DNA of 64,000 nucleotides from Salpingoeca rosetta. Taxonomy: Eukaryota; Protista; Choanoflagellata. Shown here piece after piece: positions 50,225 to 64,000 of the stretch. The DNA is taken from positions 1-64,000 of the forward strand of contig JAWQFM010000010.1 of assembly GCA_033442325.1 (NCBI GenBank), in the 5' to 3' direction. Under the pieces are notes generated by a model. That model saw only the letters and a program-made list of their open reading frames with translations, did not search any database and was not told the origin of the DNA. The position numbers and the translations under genes were made by a program. Position 1 is the first letter of the stretch, and the number at the start of each line of letters is the position of its first letter.

Positions 50225-53200
50225 GCACACACACACGCACACACACACACACACAGACATACACACACAGACACACACACGCACACACACACAGACACAC
50301 ACACGCACGCACGCACGCACCTATGCACGCACAACTGCACATTTCCACACGGCATACATGTATTCGTGCATCAAAGCCGCTCCTCCCCCCCCCCCCCAAA
50401 AAAGCTGTGCGACTCGCCCAGCCGCTCACCTGCGTGGTTTGCATGCTTGCACTGCAGGTGCACCGTGACCACGTGGTGTCGGAGAAGTGGACATCGTGCT
50501 GCCAATATGGGATGCGCATCGGAGCGCGACCTGGCGGGCGCTCGGGCCAGTTTGTTCTCGGTACGCGTGCACTGTTGTTGCATGATCACATTCACTGATC
50601 CACGCACGCCACTTCGCCCGCACCCTCACCTGCAAATCAAATTCAGTGCTTCTTTGCCCCACTGCAATTGCGTGTTGCCCTCACTATCCGCGTACTCACA
50701 CACCCTCCCCTGTTCCCCTTGCTTCACGAACGGCAACCCCTACAATCACCACCCCACCACTTTTGCGTACATGCGTGCGTGCGTGCACAGCGGCTGCTGC
50801 TGGACGCCCGTGCCTGCGGTGTCAGGTTCGCGGTGCATTGCGTAATGGCGGCGGCCGCGGCTTTTGGTCCGAGGACAACACCATCACAGACGACTACACA
50901 ACAGCCAGCACCACCATTCACGACAGCAGCAGCGGCAGCGGCAGTGGCGTGCCCTCGTCATCAGCATCATCGCCGTCCACGCAGAAACGGACTGCAGGGG
51001 CCGGCAGTGCTCGCTCACAGCGTGCTCGCCCCAATGCTCATGACGGTTACGATGATGATTTCGATTCGTACTCGCAAACTGACGACGGCAACGACAGCAG
51101 CAGCAGCCGTGATGGCAGGTCAGCAGCGAACAAGTACACGGGTAGCAGCAGCAGTAGTGGTGATCACTCAGGCAGTCATGATGACAACGATGATGACGTA
51201 CACGCTGATGCTACTGCGAGAAGTGGAGATGATCTCCGTGCTGGCATCAACATCGCTCCACCATTGCACCAAACAAGACGCAACCAACACCGCGCCCGTC
51301 CACCATCCTCTTCCTCCTCCCACCGCCGCCCTGGCAGCGCCACCACTCGCCGGCAGCAGCGCCAACCCAAATCCGCACCGGCGCTGCGGCGAGCAGCAAG
51401 CCGTGATCACAGCCGTGGTGTTGGTGGTGGCGGTGGTGGTCGAGGGATAAAACCAAACGGGCGGCCGATGACTGCAGGTGGTGCTGCACTGCGAGGGAGC
51501 AGACGCGGGGACAGCAGATCCGCTGATGATGTTCATGGCGGTGATATGTTCGGCGACAGGGAGGGACCAGTGACTCCGATGGCACACGGGCGACACATGT
51601 TGGAGGGAGTTGAAGGTGTGGCGGGGATGGGTGATGGCGGCAACGCATCAGCGGAGGACACGTGCGGTGCACGGAATGAAGGCGGAGATGGCCGCGAAGT
51701 CGAACGGGGCATTGTTGGCGGGGGAGAAGCTGATGCGATCGTGCTGAAACGTGAACAGAAACAGGGGGCGGAAGACCTGGAAGATAAGATGGAGGAAGAA
51801 GGAAAAGAGGTGGAGGTGGAAGAAGAAGAAGAACGCAAAGTGGGAGTGGAAGACAAGGAGAAGGAAGAAGAAGAAGAGAAAGATGCGGGAGAAGAGGAGT
51901 ACCAGCACCAGCACCAGCACCAGCAGCCGCAGCAACGGGCTGCAGTTGAGGACGAGATTCCCAGGCGTGAAGGAGAGGAAGAAAAGCAAAGAAAAGAGGA
52001 GCACATGCAGCGTGCAGACGACGCCGTCGCTTCGCCGCCGCCATTTCAATGGCCGGGAGAGGTGGAGCAAGCAAGTGAACCACTAACACGTTCCCCAGAT
52101 CACACACAAGACACGAGTAATCCCTCGCCATCGATGGTGCCAGCTAGCGATGATGATGAAGAGCACTATGGCCGCAGCAATGCTGAAGATGACAATGAAG
52201 CTGGTGATTCAGAGGACGTAGCGGTGGCGATGGCTGCAGATGCAGCACTCCTCTCCGCCACCGCTATTGGCCTTCCGCTTCTGATTCACGCACCAGCAGA
52301 CGCACCCCCGCTCTCATTCAGGTTCGTGTGCGCATCTGTGTCTGTCCGTCTGTCTGTTTGTCTGCATCCGTGTTCGTGTGTGTGTGTGTGTGTGTGTGTG
52401 TCTGCATCTGTGTCTGTCCGTCTGTCCGTTTGTCTGCATCCGTGTTCGTGTGTGTGTGTCTGCATCCGTGCATGTATGTGTGTGTGTATGTGTGTGTGTG
52501 TGTGCGTGGATACGCCTCCGTCTCCCACTCTCTGCCTGTCTGTGTATGGGTATGTTTTGTTGGTTTGATTTCATACCCTCCTTCCCCAGCATGACTGCGT
52601 TCCTTGACTGACACTGTCTGTCTTCTCCCCCACATACCCCTCCTCCTTTCCCCTTTCCCTTCCATTCTCGACTGTCCACATTTGCGCGTGTGCACAGGAA
52701 CGCGTCGCCGGTGCACCGGGAGATTTTTCCGATCGTTGAGGAGACGGAGCCCGAGTCCGGGGCAACGACGCCATACACATCCAAGCACGCGTCGCACGCC
52801 GTGCCGCCGGCACCAGCCCTCATGCGCCAGCAGGGGCGGACGGGCAGCGCTGTGCAGATGGGCACCAGTCGTGGTGGTGCTCCCAGCACGAGCGTCGATG
52901 ATGATGACGCTGGTGGAGATGGTGACGAAGATGACGCTGGTGGTGAGGCCACGTCGCACAATGCGAGCAGCGATGCGGTGGAGGAGGAGCTGGCAGCGCT
53001 GGTGATGGCCTCTGTTGTCCAACAGAGCACCGACCACACCACCGCCACCAACAACAACGACGACAACGACCAGACCATCACCACCACTTCCGATGTCAGT
53101 GGTGGGCGCAACATCCATGATGGCAGACACCTCCGGCCCTGTGGTGGTGGAGCCAACGACCATGACGGTGATGACGATGATGACACGACAACCGATGATG

Positions 53201-53640
53201 ACGATGAGGTGTTGGGTGGAGCAGTGCAGGCCAGACGCGTGCGGAGAAACCGGCGGCCAATGTCTGCTCGCCGGCGAACACCGCGCGCACAGCACGCTGC
53301 GACCACGAAGGAGGGTGGTGATGGTGGTGGAGAGTCTGGAAACGAATCAGACTGGGAAGGGCTGCGTAATGAATGCGATGATGGTGGTGGCAGTGGCGAT
53401 GGTGGTGGCAGCCACAGCAGCGGCGGCGGCGGCTTGGCGCGCATGATGCGACAGCGTGGTGGCGATGCGGAGAGCAACGCGTACGACTCGGATGAGGACG
53501 GGTCGCTGCTGTCTGGGGGGCAGTTCACCCCGCGCATTGTGATGCAGCAGCAGGAGACGCATGATTTTGATCTTGACGAGCTGTTCGCTTCCGATGAGGA
53601 GGACGTTTATTACGAGGAACAGCCACATAGGGACCAGTAG
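48690..53640 (+). CDS. ERICH3-like protein (DUF4590-like domain plus long acidic disordered tail)
   Basis: Spliced small exons give MKLEFVG...[10 protein letters not shown]...LFCGLVK AGDTMRL...[22 protein letters not shown]...PCLRCQ, resembling ERICH3 QQHCGG...SSCCEYKHRKGSRLGG...PCYKC. Large E/D/S-rich exons follow. Confidence 0.72.
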
Positions 53641-54051
53641 AAGCAACATGTGGTGTGGTGTGTGTGTGTGTGTTGCGACGGGACTGCGTGTCGTGATGGG
53701 TGATAGCAGCGTACGGGATTTGTGTTGATGGGAACGCAATAGTGTGTGTATGCAACAGTAGCCATAGAACATGAGAGGGTGGTGAGGAATGGACGCCCCA
53801 AATGATGTAGACATGCATGATTTCGTGTGAATACTGGGCGCTGGGAGCATATTATGTTTTAGACACGGTTTAGTTGCTTGCATGCATCCCCCTCATTATA
53901 ACCGGACCAATAAACACTGTGTACACACCCATGTCGATGTGGGCTCACGCGAACGCTTTCGGGGGGATTAAGAGTGCTGCTGTTGTTGTCGTTGACTGCA
54001 ATTGGTAACGCCGCTGCATACTGCTACTGACTACTGCTGGTATTGCTGGTA

Positions 54052-54084
<33 letters not shown>

Positions 54085-54088
54085 GTGC

Positions 54089-56590
<2,502 letters not shown>

Positions 56591-59500
56591 TGGGTATCGC
56601 TCAATTATAATGTCCTCAGTGGGCAAAAAATGGGACACGAGAAAAAGCCATCACAGGGGTGTGTGGGGCTTCAGAGACGCCAAAACCCCAAAAAAAGAGC
56701 TCTTCGAGAGCTCTCCAATGAGCCAAAAATCACCTTCGTGCGATGTGTGTGTGGTGGTGGGTGACTGTTTTACTGAGCAGCAACACCTTCGCACAAAATC
56801 ACCCCCACAAACAGGTATGANNNNNNNNNNNNNNNNNNNNNNNNNNNNNNNNNNNNNNNNNNNNNNNNNNNNNNNNNNNNNNNNNNNNNNNNNNNNNNNN
56901 NNNNNNNNNNNNNNNNNNNNGTAGTAGTGTCCTTTAGATGCTCACGCCGTGAAAGAAGTCTCTTGATGTTCGCAGCTGCTCGTGACGCTTGGCGGAGAGG
57001 GTGATGGTGGGAACACGCTCACCATCAGTGAAGATGCCCGCGTGTATGTGCTCTGGCCCAACGCCAGGCCGAAGCAGATTCACTTCCGCCCATTCGTCTG
57101 AAGTTGATGCGCGGTAGCGAACAACACCCAGTCTGTCCTTGTCGAAGAAGAAGTGCTTGTACTTGGTTGGTTTGAGCTGCTTCTGCTGACAAAAGAGGAG
57201 GCCAAGGCGTGCGGTGTGGTTGTAGATGGGGACTGATGCCGCGTTGGTCACGGCGTTGGCCACAGAAGAGCGCTCGACGATGTCCATAAACTGTGTAGGC
57301 GTGAACACGTCCTCCGTCTTGAGCTTTCGCTTGACGAGGCCAAAGAAGGCATCGTGCAGGCCCTTCGTGTGGCCCTGAAGGAGAAAATGATAGTACACCG
57401 AGCACTTGAACACGTGCGCGTATGAAGCGAAGAAGAACAAGAACGTCCAGTTCTTGTTTTGTGCGCCGCAGTTGTCGGCCATCGCGTAGAGGACGTCACG
57501 CCTGCCAATCGATGTCAGGCGGTGATAGACGAGGGACACAATGAGGTTGGCGCCGCGAACCTTCGGCGAGTCTTGCTCGTGCCAGACGTAATTCATTTGG
57601 GTGCGCCGCGCCAGGTCTGTCACACCAAACGCCTCCACCTTCAAACCGCTCTCGTAATAGAACGCCTGGCATTGTGAACACAACGTGCGCAACAGGGTGA
57701 GACAAGGTCGAGAACAAACCGAGCTCACAGCAGTACCCCTATCCCTCATCCTCACCCCCCTTTCACACATCACCCCAGCTTGCCTTTCTTTGCTCCAGGA
57801 AGTGAGGGAGGCGAGTTGTGCCTGCCATGTCGAAGCTGATGACGTGGTGATCTGCCTTCCCACCAAACTCAGTCCAATCGTTCATAAACTTGCGCTCGGC
57901 CTTTGCCATCTTCAGGTGCTGAATAAGGAACTCCCACATCTATCGAGTGAAGCGGTGAAGTTGCCAGAATGAGTGGTCACGCGCACGCGCGCACACACAC
58001 ACACACACACGCGCGCACACACACACGCACGCACACACATACATACACACGCACGCACGCACACGCACACACACGCACACACGGAGTTGTACCTTGCCGC
58101 TCTTCAGCTTCGAGCACGTGTCACACACATCCGTGCGGGTCTTGGCGTGTCCGATGTGCTTGAGATATTTTGCCCACACGCGCTTGAACGTGGCCAGCGA
58201 CGTCTGATCACCTGTTGCAGCCAGCATGCACACGACAAGGGTCTGTAAGCACCAGCGGAGCAACAGCGACTGGCAAGCATGCACACACAGACACACGCAC
58301 ACGATCATACCGTACCCGTGGCGGACTGGTAGCGTTTGTGGAGTTGTGCCCTCGACAAGGAGATGGGCAGCAGTACTTTGGCCCCGCGTCCCGCAGGATT
58401 CGGCAGCCCGTGCATCGAGGCCACCCACTTGATGAAGTGAACAACGCGTTGGGCAGTGAACACCCCACGACCCTTGAGATGTTGTCCGTGAAGCGATGGC
58501 CGCGGCACAATGACACCCGCCTTTACGTCTCGGGTTGCCTCCTTGATGACTCGACCTCCAATCCCAAGCACGTTCCGGAAGCCTTCTCTGCACAGCGGCA
58601 CGCCCAGGACGCGGTAGTCGATAGTGAGTCTGCTCCGGTCCGGCACGTGCTCTTGCCACCCGTCCTCGCACGGAGCATCATCCCGCCCATTGCCAACCTG
58701 CCATGGCGGCACCTTCAGGCTCGTGGAGACGATGGACTGCACCATGCGACGGCGGTCATGCTGGCTGAGTTCGAACACCTGGCATCGGAGACTCTCAAGT
58801 GTGCCCGCGCCAAAGGTCTTCCAGCACTTGCCAGCCTTGCCAGCAGCACACTTGCACTGGCGTATTCCGCATGGCTTTGACTGCTGCGACTTGGTGGCGG
58901 TTGCTGGTGGTTGTGGGATGAGTGTGTCAACGACCTCGGCCACTTGTGGCAGAAGAGCAGTCGAGCAATAGTGCTCGTTGGCAACAAGGTCGATCGGCGG
59001 CGCATCGTTTCGCTGTTGCTGCTGCTGCTGCTGCTGCTGTTGTTGTCGAGGGCGCTTTGGTGGCGGGCTGCTAAGCAGTCGCGACAGGTGTGGTTGGAAT
59101 TGAATAGGGATCGGGAGAGGAGGGGCAGCTGAAGCCGGCACTGGAGCACGTGGGTGCATTAGACTCGCTGGCAGTGGCAGCGGCGGTGGTCTTGGCTGCG
59201 AGCCGCTTGTGTCCGGAAGTGCCACGGCTGTCCCATGCACCTCCTGTGACACGGCGGGCGAAGACGGTGGAAGGCGCGGAGATGAGACGTTCACTGGCGT
59301 TGGCGGCACCTCTTCCTCACACAGGAGCGACAATGATGGAGAGAGTGGTGTGTCTTGAACATCATCACCACCATCATCATCATCATCGTCGTCGTCGTCG
59401 TCGTCGTCGTCATCGTCATCGTCACCAGCGTTGTCGCCCTCAAGGAGGGATGTCATGCGAAGAGGTCTGCAAAGAATACAGGCGCAAGGAGAGGGCAGAG

Positions 59501-60052
59501 TGATGAGTACTCATGCTCGCCAGAGCGTTCGCATACACCACCACCACATCACTGCTGCAAGCTGACAAGAAAGCAAGCGACGCACCCGCCAAAGTACTCC
59601 TTGTTAATGAAATCGTTCCCAGTGCGCAAAGCTTCGTTGCACTCGGCGCTTGCAGTGCTGAGGGGCGACACCGTGCGCTCTTCCGCATCATTCTGCATCA
59701 GCATCAGCAGTGCTGTTGCCACTTCTTCCCGAGCAGCACCATCATCAAACACCTCCTCCTCACCCTCAAAGTCGCCATCAACATTCATCGTCGTGGTGGT
59801 GTGCCGCTCAAAAAACAACCTCCCAACTTTGTTTGTCGATTTTCACCACTTTCCCGACGAGTTTGAGATTTTGGCGGATTGCGATTCTGGCTTGGGTGGT
59901 AATTTTGCAAGCGCTCGTTGACTGACTTCTCGTTGTCAGATCCGAACGAAACCAACACCATCGGAAAGAGCGCTCAAAGACGCCCTAGACGCTTCCATCA
60001 GCTCACATCACAACGAAAAGCCACTGAGGACATTATAATTGAGCGATACCCA
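56591..60052 (-). mobile_element. Sola-superfamily (Sola1-like) cut-and-paste DNA transposon, full length apart from an internal N-gap
   Basis: Perfect 32-bp TIRs TGGGTATCGCTCAATTATAATGTCCTCAGTGG at 56591-56622 and reverse complement at 60021-60052. CAT duplicated at both flanks. Internal DDD transposase. Confidence 0.92.
56934..59788 (-). CDS. Sola-type DDD transposase, 5 exons, ~786 aa
   Basis: Exons 59788-59586, 59466-58316, 58211-58093, 57939-57784 and 57665-56934 join in frame. Motifs: LCREGFRNVLGIG, TDVCDTC...HL, ISFDMA, ADNCGAQNKN, GHTKGLHDAFFGLVKR. Confidence 0.9.
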
Positions 60053-60193
60053 CATGGTTGCTGCGCAGTGTCTGCTGTGCCACTGCTGCCTGCTTTGCAA
60101 AAATTGCCGACTGAAATCAGGTTTGCGCAGTACAATTTGCAAAGAACCGCAAGGAAGGAAGAACAACGCAACAAGCAAGCAAGACAAGCAGAG

Positions 60194-60311
60194 ATGGCGG
60201 GTCCTGGCATGGAGATCTTCCGCATGACCTTCTATGTCATGCTGCCAAGTGAGCAACAACAGTTGTCTTGCCTGCACTGTGCTGTGGTGTGCTTTGTGGT
60301 TGCCAGCTGTG

Positions 60312-60352
<41 letters not shown>

Positions 60353-60601
60353 GTGTTTGTGTGTCTGTCTGTCTGTGTCTGTCTGTGTGTCTGTGTCTGT
60401 CTGTCTGTCTGTCTCATCAACAGTGCTTGTTGTCAACCTTCAATTGTGCATGCGTGAGCGTGGCGTCTTCTCACCCAATGGCGCATCCACACACACGCAC
60501 ACACACACACACTCGCAGTTGGCATGTTCTACTACTTTGGCCTTCCAGACTTTTACAAGAACCAAGTGCTCCCTGCCTTTGTAAGCAACACTCAAGAGGA
60601 G

Positions 60602-60647
<46 letters not shown>

Positions 60648-61262
60648 AATATATGTGTGCACGTGTGCGTCTGTCTGTGTGTATATGTGTGTGTGCCTGT
60701 GTGTGAGTTGTGTGTGCCTGTGTATCTGTGTAAGAGACAGTGTGTGTGTATGTGTATGTGTGCTGGTGTGTGTACGTTGTACACGTGCTTATGTATTGGC
60801 AGTTGCCTGCTTCTCTCTCGTGTGTGTTTTGTTCGGAAGCTACACACGTGGGATTTTGTCACATGGCCTTTATGCTCACATGCCGCTCGTGTAACCGTGT
60901 GATCGCTGGCAGAAAAAGGTGTATCCAGATGACATGCCAACACAGGTACCTTCACACGTCTTTGTATGTTTGCCTGTATGGCAGCGTCACTTATGGTGTC
61001 GACTTGTGCCCCCCCCCCTCTCTCTCTCTTTCTCTCTTGGTGCTGCTCACTCTCCACTCTACTCAGACGTTTGCACTGTTCTTGAGGACTCACGTTGCTC
61101 TGGCCTCCTGCTTCTCCCCTCCTCCGTTCTCCTTGCTCGGCAACTGCGCAGAGTGTGCCCACAACCCCTGAGGGCAACAAGGAGCTACTGGACCAATTAA
61201 TAGCTGCGCGGCGTAAGCGTCAGGCCGAGGCACAGAACCAACAGCAGCAGCAGCAGGAGTAG
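60194..61262 (+). CDS. PET100: Cytochrome c oxidase assembly factor PET100 (4 small exons)
   Basis: MAGPGMEIFRMTFYVMLP|IGMFYYFGLPDFYKNQVLPAF|KKVYPDDMPTQ|SVPTTPEGNKELLDQLIAARRKRQ...*, matching PET100 LEIFRMxxYxxFPxxMF. Confidence 0.85.
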
Positions 61263-61783
61263 GGACTGGGTGCATGTGACTGTAAATGTGGGTTCGTGGG
61301 TGTAAATGTAAATGTGGGTTTGTTGGTGAGTGTGGGTGTGTTAATGTTGGCGTTGGTATGGGGATGACGCCAAAGTATGTGTGTGTGTGTGTATTTGTGT
61401 TGGCTTAAGAACAGGGCGTGCGCTGCTGTTCCCTTTTCAGCTGTCGTCATGCTGGTGTCTTTATGTTCATCGTGTGTTGTACTCGCGCTGATTTCAAAAC
61501 AACTCCAACTGAGACCGCAACAGCTGCTGTGGCGTGCCTCACATAAACAGCTGCATATCCAACGCTTCTAGCCAGCACAGCAAGAGTTCCGTGGCCGTTG
61601 ACATTCGCGATGCAAACACATAAACACATAAACACACACACACATAAACACACACGTACACACACATACACACACACAAATGACACCCACACATAAACAC
61701 ACACGTACACACACATACACACACACACAAATGACACACACACACACATAGACGTACACCAGGGCAGTGCGCGTGCGCTAGGG

Positions 61784-62203
61784 TCAGAGCCCAATGAAGG
61801 ATGAGCGGCCGGCAAGGTTGTGGATCTCCGTCGTCGTCGGCGACAGCACAGCCCACTCGTACCACACCTGCACCAGCACACGCACGCAACATATATCTAA
61901 CCGTTAGCATGTGGTTAGCTTCGAATCTGAATCCATGCACACGTACAGACACGCATACACGCACGTACACACAAGTACAGACACATACACACATCACACA
62001 TCACAGATGCACACGTGAGAGCCCCCGTGCACTGCCTGCGAGACATGTGTGCAGCCGACCTTGGTTGCCGACACCTTGCGCCAGAAGGCCGCCTTGATGG
62101 TCTCGCCCTTGCGCACATACACGGGAGTCTGCAGCGGGATGTACATCGGGAACCAGCTGAACATGTCCGGCGTGTGCGTCTCAGGATGGATGCCTGGCAG
62201 GGA

Positions 62204-62273
<70 letters not shown>

Positions 62274-63051
62274 AACACACACGCGCACACACACATAAAC
62301 ACACACGCGCACACACACACACGTAGACATAGACATGTTGTGAGCAGGCATGCTGACCAATGGCGAACACGTGTGCCCGCGACGCCCTCATCATCACGTC
62401 CTGGTCACGTCTCAGCCATAATCTCCGCTTCTTATATGTGTGTGCGTGCTTGTGTGCGTACTGATCATGACGTCGGCGTAGAGGTCGCTGTCAAAGTACC
62501 CGGCAAACCCATGCACCAGCCCGTCTTGTGTGGCCGTGCACTCCACAATCCTAAAACAGACAGCAGTCGAGACCGCACAAGCGCGCAACATGAGATGGGA
62601 ATGACCAAGGGAAAGAAAGACGGCAGTCAAGTGCGTTTGCTTCACTACACGGCGCCAATTGTAAGTACCTCAAACTGTCCACCGGCACGACACTACTGCA
62701 ATCCATCCGTCCACCTCCTCCTGCAATTCTCTGCTCATTCCCCCCATCACTTCTCTCCATCAATTCTCTTCATGAATACCACCAACACTACCATCAACAC
62801 CACCATCACAGCCCTGCTTCCGAGCAACCAACTTGAAGCGGGTGTTGTCTGGAGTGTACGGCTGCTGGGCACCGGGCGGTCCAAAGTTTGGGTGCGTAAA
62901 CTCAAACAGCTCCTTGATGTCACCGAGCAGCGTGTGGTTCGACAGCAGCACCACATACTGCACAAAAACAACAGCAGAGGAAGTACACAAACAAGCCTGT
63001 GAGTGAGGTGGTTACGATGGTGGCCATGTGCACACACGCGCGCACACGCGC

Positions 63052-63114
<63 letters not shown>

Positions 63115-63578
63115 GCACGCACGCACACACACACACACACACCGGTGTCTCGACGTGCTTCCTGTCCTTGTGTGTGCGCAGCTCCGTGTAGTTCTTGTGG
63201 GTGCTGACGGGCGCAACAAACGAACGGTAGCGGTTGGGGATGCTCACGCCGCCCTCCGCAATGAACCGCTGTGCACCATCAAGACACTCGGGCGAAAGCT
63301 CGTTGTCGCCCCATGAGCCCAGCAGCTCCGACACCAGCACATCCGCCTGCAACAGCAAACAGCACAAAAAGTGAGGACGTGTAGGTGTGAGCCGGGGGAA
63401 AATAGAGGCAGAGAGAGACACGCACACAGGGAGAGGGGAAGGACAGGGAGACATACACACACCATGTGCCAGCATGGCGGTGGTACCAACCTTTGCGACG
63501 GGTTGCCATGTGCGCATGTCGCCGGCAAACACCTGCACGCGATTGCCCCACTCCGTCCGCTGGTAGTGCTGCAGACTG

Positions 63579-63631
<53 letters not shown>

Positions 63632-63940
63632 AGCAGCAGCAGCAGCAGCAGCAACGCAACCACCACGCACTCGCCGTGAATACGCTGTACGCTGCGTGTG
63701 CATGTGTGTGTGTGTGCATGTGTATATATGTGTGTGCATGTGCGTGCATGTACGTGTACATGTGTGTGTGCATGTGCGTGCAAGTACGTGTACATGTGTG
63801 TGCTCACATCCTGACTGCGCCTGGGTTCTTCTCGAGGGCGATGAGCGTCAACTTGTCCGCAACACCGACGGCCTCCGCCGCCCGCAGCGCCCGCCGCACA
63901 ATCGGACCACGACCCGCGCCAACCACCATCGCAACAACTG
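61784..63940 (-). CDS. PRMT5: Protein arginine N-methyltransferase 5, C-terminal part (gene continues beyond the window)
   Basis: [66 protein letters not shown]...[13 protein letters not shown]. Confidence 0.96.
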
Positions 63941-64000
63941 CAGTGCACATACACATACACATGCACATACACAATATACACACACAGATATACACATGCA

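Overview
Eukaryotic, GC-rich, very intron-dense DNA with (CA/GT)n microsatellites in most introns. Style and gene content suggest a choanoflagellate such as Salpingoeca rosetta (inference). Nearly all ORF-track entries are repeat artefacts, so I rebuilt genes by hand from GT-AG exons. Genes in order: GULP/CED-6-like PTB adaptor (-), CTF8 (+, cut by a gap), dynein intermediate chain 5' half (-), QTRT2 (+), a ~6 kb ORF-less region, a 5S rRNA copy with a 20-nt internal deletion, RBM39 (-), Phafin2-like PH-FYVE (+), QTRT2 last exon (-), dynein IC 3' exons (+), TOM70 (+), NOMO (+), a TANGO1/MIA3-like protein (-), an ERICH3/DUF4590-like protein (+), a hypothetical gene (-), a Sola-type DNA transposon, PET100 (+) and PRMT5 (-, partial). 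Four highlights. (1) A ~1500-aa protein with TANGO1 architecture (signal peptide, MIA-type SH3/MOTH domain, long acidic lumenal stalk containing a 4-Cys ShKT, TM, coiled coils), although that family is usually regarded as animal-specific. (2) An apparently intact Sola transposon with perfect 32-bp TIRs whose target duplication is the start codon of a host gene. (3) A 5S variant lacking helix III/loop C but keeping its Pol III promoter and terminator. (4) Two genes split across opposite strands ~17-21 kb apart, most likely a microsatellite-driven misassembly. All family assignments come from recalled sequence similarity, not database searches.
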